From IMG/VR virus record IMGVR_UViG_3300032247_000646, positions 1 to 47,991 of that record: a stretch of DNA of 47,991 bases; one strand, written 5' to 3'. The translations under genes were made by a program, and so were the position numbers. This DNA is from a virus. Taxonomy: Duplodnaviria > Caudoviricetes. The first letter of the stretch is position 1; every line of letters starts with the position of its first letter. This document shows, piece after piece, positions 35,454 to 44,244 of the stretch. The notes under the pieces are model-generated. The model was not told the DNA's origin. It saw only the letters and a list, made by a program, of their open reading frames with translations, and searched no databases.

Positions 35454-36191
35454 ATGTCTGAGCTCATTCTTCCACCAGCCGCCACCGACGGTGTTAAGTT
35501 CGGCAAGCTGTCGAGCAAGTACGACCTGATCAGCACCGAGTCAGTTGTGAATCTCATGCGCGACGAGGGGTTCATCGTCACTGCCACCAACTCGCTCAAG
35601 CCACGGGTGCGCGACCCCCGCATGGTGCGGCACTTTGTGCGTATGCGCCACGAGCAGCACTTGGGCGAAGTCAACGGTTCTGTGCCCGAGATCCTCGTGA
35701 TCAATGCCAATGACGGTTCATCTTCATTGCGTATGGAAGCTGGCCTGTTCCGCATGGTGTGCTCGAACGGTCTGATCGTCAAGTCGCAAGACATCAGCTC
35801 GGCACGGATCCGGCACGTCGAAGTCACCGCCGACCGGGTGCTTGAGGAGGCCAATCGAGTTATTCAGGGAGCCAAAGAGGCTGCTCGCCGCGTGGACATC
35901 TTCAAGGACCGCATACTCAACCAATCTGAAAAGATGCAGTTCTCAGTGTTGGCTTCCGCATTCTGGGGTGGCCGGGTTATGCCTCACTCGCTGCTGGAGT
36001 CCCGCCGCCCCGAGGACAGCGGTGACGATCTGTGGTGCGTGTTCAACCGCATCCAGGAAAACATGATCAAGGGCGGCGTGGTCGGCCGGTCTGCCACCGG
36101 ACGCAACACCCGCACACACGGCATCCGCGCCATGGACAATAGCGTCAAAGTCAACATGAAGCTGTGGGAAATCGCCGAGGAGTTCGTATGA
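35454..36191 (+). CDS. DUF932 family protein
   Basis: 'SSKY..IST', 'H.VRMR', 'INANDGSSS..M.AGLFRMVCSNGLIV', 'R.ED.GDDLW.VFNRIQEN'; start at 35454. Confidence 0.85.
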   Translation: MSELILPPAATDGVKFGKLSSKYDLISTESVVNLMRDEGFIVTATNSLKPRVRDPRMVRHFVRMRHEQHLGEVNGSVPEILVINANDGSSSLRMEAGLFRMVCSNGLIVKSQDISSARIRHVEVTADRVLEEANRVIQGAKEAARRVDIFKDRILNQSEKMQFSVLASAFWGGRVMPHSLLESRRPEDSGDDLWCVFNRIQENMIKGGVVGRSATGRNTRTHGIRAMDNSVKVNMKLWEIAEEFV

Positions 36192-37102
36192 TCATATTGG
36201 GCGCTGGCCTGAGTGGGTTGATCGCTGCGGCGCTCAACCCGCAAGCAAAGGTCTTCGAGGCGGCGTCGCAAGACGCCCAGTCGCACCGGGCAGTGCTCCG
36301 GTTCCGTAGCTCGGCGGTGGGGGATGCGGTGGGCATCCCGTTCCGCAAGATCCGCGTGAACAAGGGCATCTGGTACCAAGGACAGTACTGCTTCCCCGAC
36401 ATCCAGTTGTCGAACATGTATTCGTACAAAGTCACTGGCGGGTACTTCGATCGGTCGATCTGGAAAACGGAGGCGGTGGACAGGTTCATCGCGCCGGAGG
36501 ACTTTATCCTGCGGCTGATCGAGCAAGTCGGTGACCGCGTGTCGTGGAACACACCCGTCACGGAACTGCCCGAGACGCGTCCGATCATCAGCACAATCCC
36601 GATGAACCGGGTCATGAGCCTGGTCAAGTTCGACAACCCCGACCACACTCAGTTCAAGTTCTCGCCGATCCGCGTGCAACGGTTCCGGATCCCACGCGCC
36701 GACGTGTTCCAGACGATCTACTATCCTTCGTCACACACTGCGGCTTATCGGGCTTCGATCACCGGCGACCTTTTGATCGTGGAATCAGTTGATGACCCAT
36801 CTTACCCAGACGTCAACATGGAGCATGTGTTGGCTTCGTTCGGGATCCTGGACAAGCACGAGCCAGTCGTGCCGATCGACGCAACTCACAAGCAAAGCTA
36901 CGGCAAGATCGCCCCAATCGACGAACGGTTCCGACGGTTCGTGGTGGAGCGGTTGTCTCAGAAACATTCAATTTACTCTTTAGGAAGATTCGCAACATGG
37001 CGCAACATACTCTTGGACGACGTCCTGCAAGACCTGAATGTGATCAAGAAGCTGATGAACGCGGATTCTTACACGAGGAAGATTGCCGCTTCCAGGGCAT
37101 AG
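36188..37102 (+). CDS. FAD-dependent oxidoreductase, UDP-galactopyranose mutase (Glf)-like
   Basis: N-terminal Rossmann 'IILGAGLSGLIAA...VFE', 'IISTIP', and C-terminal 'SLGRFATWR..LLDDV'; start at 36188 (ATGA overlap). Confidence 0.72.
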   Translation: MIILGAGLSGLIAAALNPQAKVFEAASQDAQSHRAVLRFRSSAVGDAVGIPFRKIRVNKGIWYQGQYCFPDIQLSNMYSYKVTGGYFDRSIWKTEAVDRFIAPEDFILRLIEQVGDRVSWNTPVTELPETRPIISTIPMNRVMSLVKFDNPDHTQFKFSPIRVQRFRIPRADVFQTIYYPSSHTAAYRASITGDLLIVESVDDPSYPDVNMEHVLASFGILDKHEPVVPIDATHKQSYGKIAPIDERFRRFVVERLSQKHSIYSLGRFATWRNILLDDVLQDLNVIKKLMNADSYTRKIAASRA

Positions 37103-37228
37103 ACTGCTTCGATCGCGGCGTGAACTTCGCATGCACAGTCATCGACGAATACATCAGGACGAACAACTTCAACGCAGAGCAGATCCTGCAGATAACCGCA
37201 ACCTTACAAAAGAAAGTGAGCAGACATT

Positions 37229-37966
37229 ATGAAAGTTGAACTAATCGATTTCACCGGCATCGGTCGCGAGGACGAGACGTGGCACGCCGCTGACGTTATG
37301 ATCTTCACCAAACAGACCCGGCTGAACTTGACGTCTGGTCTTATGAAAGAGGTCAAGGCGTGGGACGCCGCCAAGAAACAGCAAGAGCTGGATTACATGG
37401 CTAAAACCATCAAGAGCTCGTGGGAGTTCGTGGACGTGACTTTCCTACTCAGCGGGGTTAGTCGCGCCGTAGCGCAGCAAATAACCCGCACCCGCACTGC
37501 TTCCTACGCAATGCAGTCGATGCGGGTGACCGATGCGTCCAGTTTCGGCGTGGTGGAAGGCGAAAAGCTGGACGAACAGCAGCGCATGGCATACAGAGCG
37601 GCGGTGGATTCGTCCAAGTTCTTTTACACCGAGCTGGTCAAAATGGGCGTGGCGCTGGAGGACGCTCGTGGTATACTGCCGCTGAACACCGAGTGCAACA
37701 TCGTGTGCAAGTACAATTTCCGCACCCTCACCGACTTGGTTAAGGCACGCAAGTCTCTGCGCGCTCAAGGCGAGTACGGACAGATCGTGCGAGAGATGGA
37801 GCGACTCACCGTTGAAGCGTGGCCTTGGTCCAAACCGTTTTTCGAGTCTGACAAAGACGTCGCCATCAATATGCTCGAAGACATCGTCAAATCCATCGGA
37901 TTAACCACCGGCAAGGGTATGGGCTGGGAGATTGCAAAAGCCATCGACCTAATCAGGAAGGATTGA
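37229..37966 (+). CDS. thyX: Flavin-dependent thymidylate synthase (ThyX)-like protein with divergent signature
   Basis: 'SSWEFVDVTF..GVSRA..QQITRTRTASYAMQSMR', 'EDARGILP', 'NFRTL', 'RAQGE'; the canonical RHR is RTR here. Confidence 0.8.
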   Translation: MKVELIDFTGIGREDETWHAADVMIFTKQTRLNLTSGLMKEVKAWDAAKKQQELDYMAKTIKSSWEFVDVTFLLSGVSRAVAQQITRTRTASYAMQSMRVTDASSFGVVEGEKLDEQQRMAYRAAVDSSKFFYTELVKMGVALEDARGILPLNTECNIVCKYNFRTLTDLVKARKSLRAQGEYGQIVREMERLTVEAWPWSKPFFESDKDVAINMLEDIVKSIGLTTGKGMGWEIAKAIDLIRKD

Positions 37967-38199
37967 TTATGAACAACATAGTATTGATAGACAAAGACTC
38001 GAAGCATGTCATCGGGGTGAAAAGCGATGGCGAAGCAATAATGTTTTCCTGCAACCAGGGGTCCGGAACCCTGCTGACAAACGAACTGGTGACAGATGAC
38101 GGTAGAACAGTCGGCGAGCGCAACCGCTTACTGCTTCTGACGATGCTCAATGAGTGGCTCGACGCAACAATGAAGGCTAAACATGAAACCATCAATTAG
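37963..38199 (+). CDS. Hypothetical protein
   Basis: About 78-aa ORF filling the gap between the ThyX-like and HAD genes. Confidence 0.6.
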   Translation: MIMNNIVLIDKDSKHVIGVKSDGEAIMFSCNQGSGTLLTNELVTDDGRTVGERNRLLLLTMLNEWLDATMKAKHETIN

Positions 38200-38611
38200 A
38201 ATCGTCGACCTCGACCGCACGATCACCGACGATCGGTGGCGCTACTGGCTCATCAACCCACGCCTCCCGGACACCGACCCGACAAAGTACTATGCGTACC
38301 ACAATCATTGCGGCGGCGACGAAGTGATAAACCGCCATATCGTTGACGAGTCTCCGGTGGACGTGTTCTTCCTGACTGCGCGGCATGAATACGTGCGGTG
38401 GCAGACGATGAATTGGTTGCACAAAAACGGGTTCGACTACCAAGCACTGCTCATGCGCGAAGACGACAATCATGAGCCTTCTGCTAAGATGAAACAGAAG
38501 AAAGTAGCGGAGCTGATGAAGACGTACACCATTGAAGGTGCTTACGACGATCGATTGGAAATTCTCAATGCATACACCCAGTTGGGTATAAAAGGAGTGT
38601 GGGTACGATGA
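38183..38611 (+). CDS. HAD-family phosphatase (T4 PNK 3'-phosphatase-like)
   Basis: Motif I 'IVDLDRTI', motif II 'FLTAR', 'LLMREDD...SAKMK', motif IV 'AYDDR'. Confidence 0.8.
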   Translation: MKPSIRIVDLDRTITDDRWRYWLINPRLPDTDPTKYYAYHNHCGGDEVINRHIVDESPVDVFFLTARHEYVRWQTMNWLHKNGFDYQALLMREDDNHEPSAKMKQKKVAELMKTYTIEGAYDDRLEILNAYTQLGIKGVWVR

Positions 38612-38901
38612 AAACGGTTCCAGAAATCCTGCGCGAGTGCGCTGAAACGTACGAAGAGCGAAACAAAGTCTACGGCAACAACTACAAAAAGTTCGGTGCT
38701 GTGATGGCGGCGGTTTTCCCCAACGGGTTGTGCTTGTACACTGTGGAAGACTTCAACAGGCTCGGAGTGTTCATTCAATGCGTTAGCAAGGTCACGCGTT
38801 ATTCAGAAACCCTCACGCGTGGCGGCCACCAAGACTCTGCGCACGACTTGTCGGTGTATGCCGCTATGTTGGAGGAGTTGACGGATGCTAATCCTTCTTG
38901 A
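38608..38901 (+). CDS. DUF6378/MazG-like all-alpha putative dNTP pyrophosphohydrolase
   Basis: 'ER..VYG', 'SKVTRY', 'HQDSAHDLSVYAAML' pattern; start MKTVPE at 38608. The function is inferred. Confidence 0.6.
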   Translation: MKTVPEILRECAETYEERNKVYGNNYKKFGAVMAAVFPNGLCLYTVEDFNRLGVFIQCVSKVTRYSETLTRGGHQDSAHDLSVYAAMLEELTDANPS

Positions 38902-39415
38902 CTTCGAAACCACCGGCCTGACTCTGCCTAGCTCGTCAGACCTTGAACTGCAGCCGAGGATTATCGAGATCGGCGCAATTAAGGTCTCCGACCGAGGCAG
39001 CATTGTCGCGGAGTTGAGCGAGCTCATCGACCCGAAACAGGAGATCTCGGCTGAGATCACCAAGATCACCGGGATCAAGCCTGATCAACTGCGCGGCAAA
39101 CGGTGCATCGAGGAAGTCATCCCTGAGCTCGCGGACTTCTTCCTCGGAGCGCACACGCTCGTGGCGCACAATCTCGCTTTCGACCGCGATGTGTTGTACT
39201 TCGAGCTCCTGCGCACCGGGTGGGAGCGGCGGTTCCCGTTCCCGCCCAACCAGATCTGCACCGTGGATTCGACAATGCACATAAAGGGCAGACGCATGAA
39301 ACTCACCGAGCTCTACGAGCACACGCAAGGCGCACCACTCGCCCAGACGCACCGCGCACTCGACGACGTCAAAGCACTGCACGAATGCTACAAGGCGATC
39401 GCCCATGCTCACTAG
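38885..39415 (+). CDS. DEDDh 3'-5' exonuclease (DnaQ/epsilon-like)
   Basis: 'LDFETTG', 'IEIGA', 'VAHNLAFD', 'HRALDD'. Confidence 0.9.
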   Translation: MLILLDFETTGLTLPSSSDLELQPRIIEIGAIKVSDRGSIVAELSELIDPKQEISAEITKITGIKPDQLRGKRCIEEVIPELADFFLGAHTLVAHNLAFDRDVLYFELLRTGWERRFPFPPNQICTVDSTMHIKGRRMKLTELYEHTQGAPLAQTHRALDDVKALHECYKAIAHAH

Positions 39416-42131
39416 AACCGAGTTCACGTTCGGCAATTGTTTCGGCCCAATCAACAGGGTCGTGGAGCGAGCCACCAAGCTCGGGTTCAACAAACCCGCG
39501 ATCTGCGATGTCGGCACTTGGGGGCACGTGCCGTTCTTCAAGGCGGCTGAAAAGGCGGGGCTCCAGCCGGTGCTCGGCGCAGAACTCAAAGTCGGCGACG
39601 AGGAACGGTCGATCAAGGTTCTCGCCAAGAACCAAGAAGGAGTGCGGGAGCTGTATCGGCTGAGCGCGGGGATCACGTATGACTCCGAGTTCTCTGACAA
39701 CCTACTGGTGCTGCCGTTCACTGCCGACCCCGCTCTCGTGCAAGCCGCAGACATGGTGTTCGATCTGCACCCGCTGAACCCACTGCTCAACGAACAAAAC
39801 CGCGCTCTGGCCAAAAGGATGGCCAAGCCGCTACTGTTCGTTTCCGACGTGCGCTACCCTGCGCCGACCGACCGCAAGTATGCAGAGCTGCTCGGGGTGC
39901 GGCTTGGAGCGCACTCGCAACACTGGTGGTCGCCAGCGGAAATGGAGCAGCACTTTCCAGAATCCATGCTGTGGGGCGAATTCGCCGAGCGGTTCGAGAA
40001 AGTCAAGCTCCCGGTGGCCGAAAATATGGTCGTAGAGGGCGACTTAGAAGCCGAGGCAAGGAAAGGTATTCCCTGGCGCTTTCCACGCGGTTTCGGTGAG
40101 GAATACGAGGCTCGGCTTCAGCGCGAGTTGGGGGTGATCCGGGAGAAACAGTTTGAGTCGTACTTCCTGATGGTCTACGATTTGATCCGTTGGGCGCGAG
40201 AGCGCATGCTGGTGGGTCCGGGTCGCGGGTCATCGTCAGGTTCGATAATCTGTTACCTGCTCGGAATCACCGAACTCGACCCAATTGAGCATGGGTTGCT
40301 GTTCGAGCGGTTCGTCGACGTGACCCGGATCGACCTGCCCGATATCGACATGGACTTCCCAGGGGATCGCCGGGACGAACTGTTCACGTATCTGCAAGGC
40401 AAGTACGGTGCGCAAAGCATCGCTCGGCTCGGAAACGTCAACCGACTGAAGCCCAAATCGATCCTTGTCAATGTGGGCAAGCGCATGCGGATTCCGTCTT
40501 GGGAAACAGCAGAGATCCGCGACAACATGATTGAGCGATCCTCGGGTGATTCGCGTGCGGCGTTTTGTCTCGAGGACACGATGGGTGCGCTCAAGGCTGG
40601 GCGCGAACTGCTCGATAAACACCCCGGTTTCCGCAATGCCGGGGCCTTAGAAGGCCACGCATCTCACGCTGGGGTGCACGCTGCAGGGGTGATCATCTGC
40701 AACACGCCTGTGGCCGATTACTGCTCAGTCACTGCGGAGGGCATCTCGCAAATCGACAAGTATCAGGCCGAGTCGCTCAACTTGATGAAGCTCGACGCAC
40801 TCGGGCTGAAGACGCTGGACGTCGTGCAGGAAACACTCGACAAAGTCGGCAAGAAGATCACCGACATCGACGTGCACGACCAGAAGATCTACGACCTGTT
40901 GAATAGCCAGAAGATCACCGGTGTGTTCCAGCTGGAAGGCGACGCCGCCCGGCAGTTGCTACGGCAGTTTCAGGTCAAGAACTTCAACGACATCGTCGCA
41001 CTGACTTCGTTGGCTCGCCCCGGACCGTTGCAGTCGGGCGGTGCAAAGAAGTTCATGGAGGTGCGTCGGGGCACGGACACCCCGACCTATTACCACGACA
41101 TTCACCGCAAGTGGACCGAGCAGACCGAAGGTGTGGTGGTCTATCAGGAGCAGATCCTGTTCTTGGGCCGGGACATTGGGCTGCTCGGGTGGCCGGAGCT
41201 CACTGCGTTGCGCCGGGCAATGTCAAAGTCGCTCGGCAAGGAGTACTTCGATCAGTTCCGGGACAAGTTCTTGGAAGGTGCCGAGAAGCAGGACATCAAC
41301 CGCGAAGCCGCACTCGAAGTGTGGAACTCAATGATGCACGCAGGGTCTTACGCCTTCGTGAAGGCACACGCCGCTGCATACTCCGTCATCTCCGCGTGGA
41401 CAGCTTGGCTTAAATATTACCACCCACTCGAATTCTGCGCTGCTTCCTTGCGCCACACCTCGGACGACGAGGCAGTCCTCAAACTCCTGCGGGAGATCAC
41501 CGCCGAAGGTTTCAAGTATGTGGCTTTCGACAAATCTCGATCTGAAGCCAGTTGGGCAGCAAAAGGAGACGCAATTTACGGTGGGTTGACCGCCGTACAC
41601 GGTATCGGTCCAAAAATGGCTCAAAAGGTGCTCGATTCTCGTGAAACAGGGAAGCCGCTGCCTCCGAGTATAACTGCTAAGCTCGACAATCCCAAGCTCA
41701 AATGGCCCGACCCGTACCCATTCACGCTTCTGTATGGCGATTGGTACGTCAACCCGCGTAAGCACGGGCTCAAAGAGGGTTCAACGCTAACCAAATGCAA
41801 CGAACTCGAAGCCGACTCCACCGAGCGGGTGGTGCTTGGTGTGTTGGCAGAGAAGAACTTGCGCGACGCGCTAGAGACCGGTAATGTCATGAAACGCGGC
41901 GGCGTCATCACTGATTATGATCGGCAATACCGGTATTGGCTCAATATCACGCTCAAGGACGACACCGGGTTGGCGATCGCCACCATCCGGAGGAAGGATT
42001 ATGAGAAAATGGGAAAAGAGATTCTCGAGTCCGTTCCAATTGGGGCTGTAATGCTCTTGCGCGGGAAGATGGGTGGAAACGGGATCCGAATGCTTCAGAT
42101 CGAAAAGTGGAAGGTAATTCAAGGCGTTTGA
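39405..42131 (+). CDS. dnaE: DNA polymerase III alpha subunit (family C, DnaE-type)
   Basis: Degenerate PHP N-terminus; 'VGPGRGS..GS...YLLGIT..DPI...LLFERF', catalytic 'PDIDMDF' and 'KLDALGL', 'GVFQLE', 'VYQEQ', 'YAFVKAHAAAYS', HhH 'HGIGPK'. Confidence 0.95.
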   Translation: MLTRTEFTFGNCFGPINRVVERATKLGFNKPAICDVGTWGHVPFFKAAEKAGLQPVLGAELKVGDEERSIKVLAKNQEGVRELYRLSAGITYDSEFSDNLLVLPFTADPALVQAADMVFDLHPLNPLLNEQNRALAKRMAKPLLFVSDVRYPAPTDRKYAELLGVRLGAHSQHWWSPAEMEQHFPESMLWGEFAERFEKVKLPVAENMVVEGDLEAEARKGIPWRFPRGFGEEYEARLQRELGVIREKQFESYFLMVYDLIRWARERMLVGPGRGSSSGSIICYLLGITELDPIEHGLLFERFVDVTRIDLPDIDMDFPGDRRDELFTYLQGKYGAQSIARLGNVNRLKPKSILVNVGKRMRIPSWETAEIRDNMIERSSGDSRAAFCLEDTMGALKAGRELLDKHPGFRNAGALEGHASHAGVHAAGVIICNTPVADYCSVTAEGISQIDKYQAESLNLMKLDALGLKTLDVVQETLDKVGKKITDIDVHDQKIYDLLNSQKITGVFQLEGDAARQLLRQFQVKNFNDIVALTSLARPGPLQSGGAKKFMEVRRGTDTPTYYHDIHRKWTEQTEGVVVYQEQILFLGRDIGLLGWPELTALRRAMSKSLGKEYFDQFRDKFLEGAEKQDINREAALEVWNSMMHAGSYAFVKAHAAAYSVISAWTAWLKYYHPLEFCAASLRHTSDDEAVLKLLREITAEGFKYVAFDKSRSEASWAAKGDAIYGGLTAVHGIGPKMAQKVLDSRETGKPLPPSITAKLDNPKLKWPDPYPFTLLYGDWYVNPRKHGLKEGSTLTKCNELEADSTERVVLGVLAEKNLRDALETGNVMKRGGVITDYDRQYRYWLNITLKDDTGLAIATIRRKDYEKMGKEILESVPIGAVMLLRGKMGGNGIRMLQIEKWKVIQGV

Positions 42132-42132
42132 C

Positions 42133-44244
42133 TCATTGCTCAATCGGGATTTGACGCTGCATCTGTTGCAATGGCGGCTGACCTTCGTCTTCCGGGTATT
42201 GCGCGGTTGGTTCGCGAGCCGCAGCCAGACCACCCGCCACTGTGGCTTGCGTTTGACCCCGACGAGCAGAACCCGCCAATGCAGCTTCTTCCTGTTGCAA
42301 ACTGTTCAAAATACCAGCGATCGTTCTCTCGATCGGGTCTGGACCCAAGTTGGTGCTAGGCGCAGACGGCGTGAGGAGCTTGGAAACAGCGGATTGAGCT
42401 GTTGCGGGAGCCATCCCCGCGACTGAAGGCATAGCATTCTGAGCAGCCTCGAAAGCAGCCCGGACAGGTCTCCCGGTTGCAAGTGTTCCAACCGGCCCCA
42501 GACCGCCTTGGTCTGACTGAGTTGGGTCCATTGGATTCCTACGCAAACCCGCAGTTTCTGTCCTTAGCATGGTTCGCTCTTCGAGCAACCGATTGCGGAA
42601 CTCTTCGAATGCTTGATCGTCTCGGAATGCGCCACGGATGCGCTGCTCCGAACCACGAGGGAAAACGAGTTGCAACGGGTCGGCATTTGGACCACCAACA
42701 CGAACCCGCTCGAGCATCGATTGAGCGATCCCTGCACGGAATGCGTCATATTCGGACGGATTTTTGCTAAACCGTTGCATAAATTTTCGCAGATCAAGCT
42801 CAGGCAATGTGTAGATGTTTCGCCCTTGGTTCATGGCTTCCAGCATCTCGCTGTCGCCAGCGTACGCCTGACGAGCAATCTTGTACGGACCAGACGCGTT
42901 GTCCATGTCTTCAAGCAGTTTCTTTTTCATTTCGATAAGAATCCCTGCTTGGTTCGTATGACCTTCTTTCATGTTGTTCGTGATCATGTCGTCCAGAGCT
43001 ATTTTGGTTTCGTGCAAAGCTCGGAAGATATTTTCCGGCGAGTTCAAAGGCAAGCCTCTGTCACGCATTCTACCCAAACCTTTATCCATCGCCTTTTTGA
43101 ATGACGGATAGTCACGCATCCCCCATATATTCGGAGAATTTTGCGGCGTGATCACTGGCGCATTCGCCCAAGCAGCTCTATAAAGAGGGTCAGCGTCGGC
43201 GCGACGTTTAGCCATCAAATCAGTGATGTCGGTGTAGAAATCTTGCGACCCAGACATAAGTGTGCGCAAGTCGTCGCTAATGCGTGGGGCACGCTCTTCT
43301 GCACGTTGCGAGAGAGCGGTTTGCGTTTCCTGACGAGCTTGACCCGGCGCTGCGCTAGCCCGGCGCAATAAAGCCGCAGTATTCTCGCCCACGTCTGCTA
43401 GAGTGGCTTCGCCGCGTTGCATGCCCTGCAATCTAGCCAGAGCTTGGTTCGGGTCGACACCGTCTTTGCGCAACGCGTCAACGATCAGCCGGTCGGCCAT
43501 CTGATTCGCGTCGTCGAACCCCATCATGCGTTTGATCTGACGGTATGCAGGCATCGCAACGTATTGCCCAAGCATCCCTAGCGCACCCGCCGTTGCGCCA
43601 CCCGTTACAGCACCCAATGCAGCTTCGCCGGGAGCTTCTGAGATTGGCTTTTCGGAAGTGCCAACAGCACTAACTGCGCCTGTACCTGCACCGGTTGCAG
43701 CCATTCGACCTACGCTAGGCGTTTCACCAAACAGCATCCGAGCGAGCCTTGGACCTACGGTACGGCTAACTGCAGGCACCGCTCCTGCGCCGCCTGTAAA
43801 TACCGCCGGTGCGAATGCGCCGCCCAGATTCGCAACAGTCGACGTGATTGGGTTTTGCTCTTGATACTTGCGCATCCCTTCGCGTTCAGCTCTGAGATAA
43901 TCCTCGTAGCTGCCCGGCGAAGGCTGGCCAGTGACAAGTTCTGACAGACCTTTTTTCTGTCTCGGATCCAGACCCGCACGCAACGCGGCGATTGCTTCGT
44001 CGGAAAACCCTAGGGTTGCACCCTGCAGAGCTTCGTTAACGATTCCGGGCAGCAAGGGTCCAGGGCGAGACTCTCTGCTGCGCATTGCGGCTTGCGCCTG
44101 AGCGCGAGCTTCCATCGGGTTCGGCATCGTAGCCATCCCGTCAGGAGACCCACCAGACTTCTGCGCTATGATGCGATTGATAACCGCTTGCGGAGTGCCG
44201 TCAGGGAACTCTAGCCTCTCACCATTCACGATTTTGGTGATCAC
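42133..44244 (-). CDS. Probable internal virion/DNA ejection protein
   Basis: 'EFPDGTP..VI' N-terminal motif, 'QGATLGFSDE', Gly/Ala-rich hydrophobic stretch and a helical body. Confidence 0.6.
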   Translation of the reverse strand: MITKIVNGERLEFPDGTPQAVINRIIAQKSGGSPDGMATMPNPMEARAQAQAAMRSRESRPGPLLPGIVNEALQGATLGFSDEAIAALRAGLDPRQKKGLSELVTGQPSPGSYEDYLRAEREGMRKYQEQNPITSTVANLGGAFAPAVFTGGAGAVPAVSRTVGPRLARMLFGETPSVGRMAATGAGTGAVSAVGTSEKPISEAPGEAALGAVTGGATAGALGMLGQYVAMPAYRQIKRMMGFDDANQMADRLIVDALRKDGVDPNQALARLQGMQRGEATLADVGENTAALLRRASAAPGQARQETQTALSQRAEERAPRISDDLRTLMSGSQDFYTDITDLMAKRRADADPLYRAAWANAPVITPQNSPNIWGMRDYPSFKKAMDKGLGRMRDRGLPLNSPENIFRALHETKIALDDMITNNMKEGHTNQAGILIEMKKKLLEDMDNASGPYKIARQAYAGDSEMLEAMNQGRNIYTLPELDLRKFMQRFSKNPSEYDAFRAGIAQSMLERVRVGGPNADPLQLVFPRGSEQRIRGAFRDDQAFEEFRNRLLEERTMLRTETAGLRRNPMDPTQSDQGGLGPVGTLATGRPVRAAFEAAQNAMPSVAGMAPATAQSAVSKLLTPSAPSTNLGPDPIERTIAGILNSLQQEEAALAGSARRGQTQATVAGGLAAAREPTAQYPEDEGQPPLQQMQRQIPIEQ

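Noticed and set aside
36997-37239. 80-aa ORF between the flavoprotein and the ThyX-like gene
   Set aside because: It overlaps the upstream gene by over 100 bp with no clear RBS. A shorter peptide may fill the 126-bp gap but the start cannot be supported.
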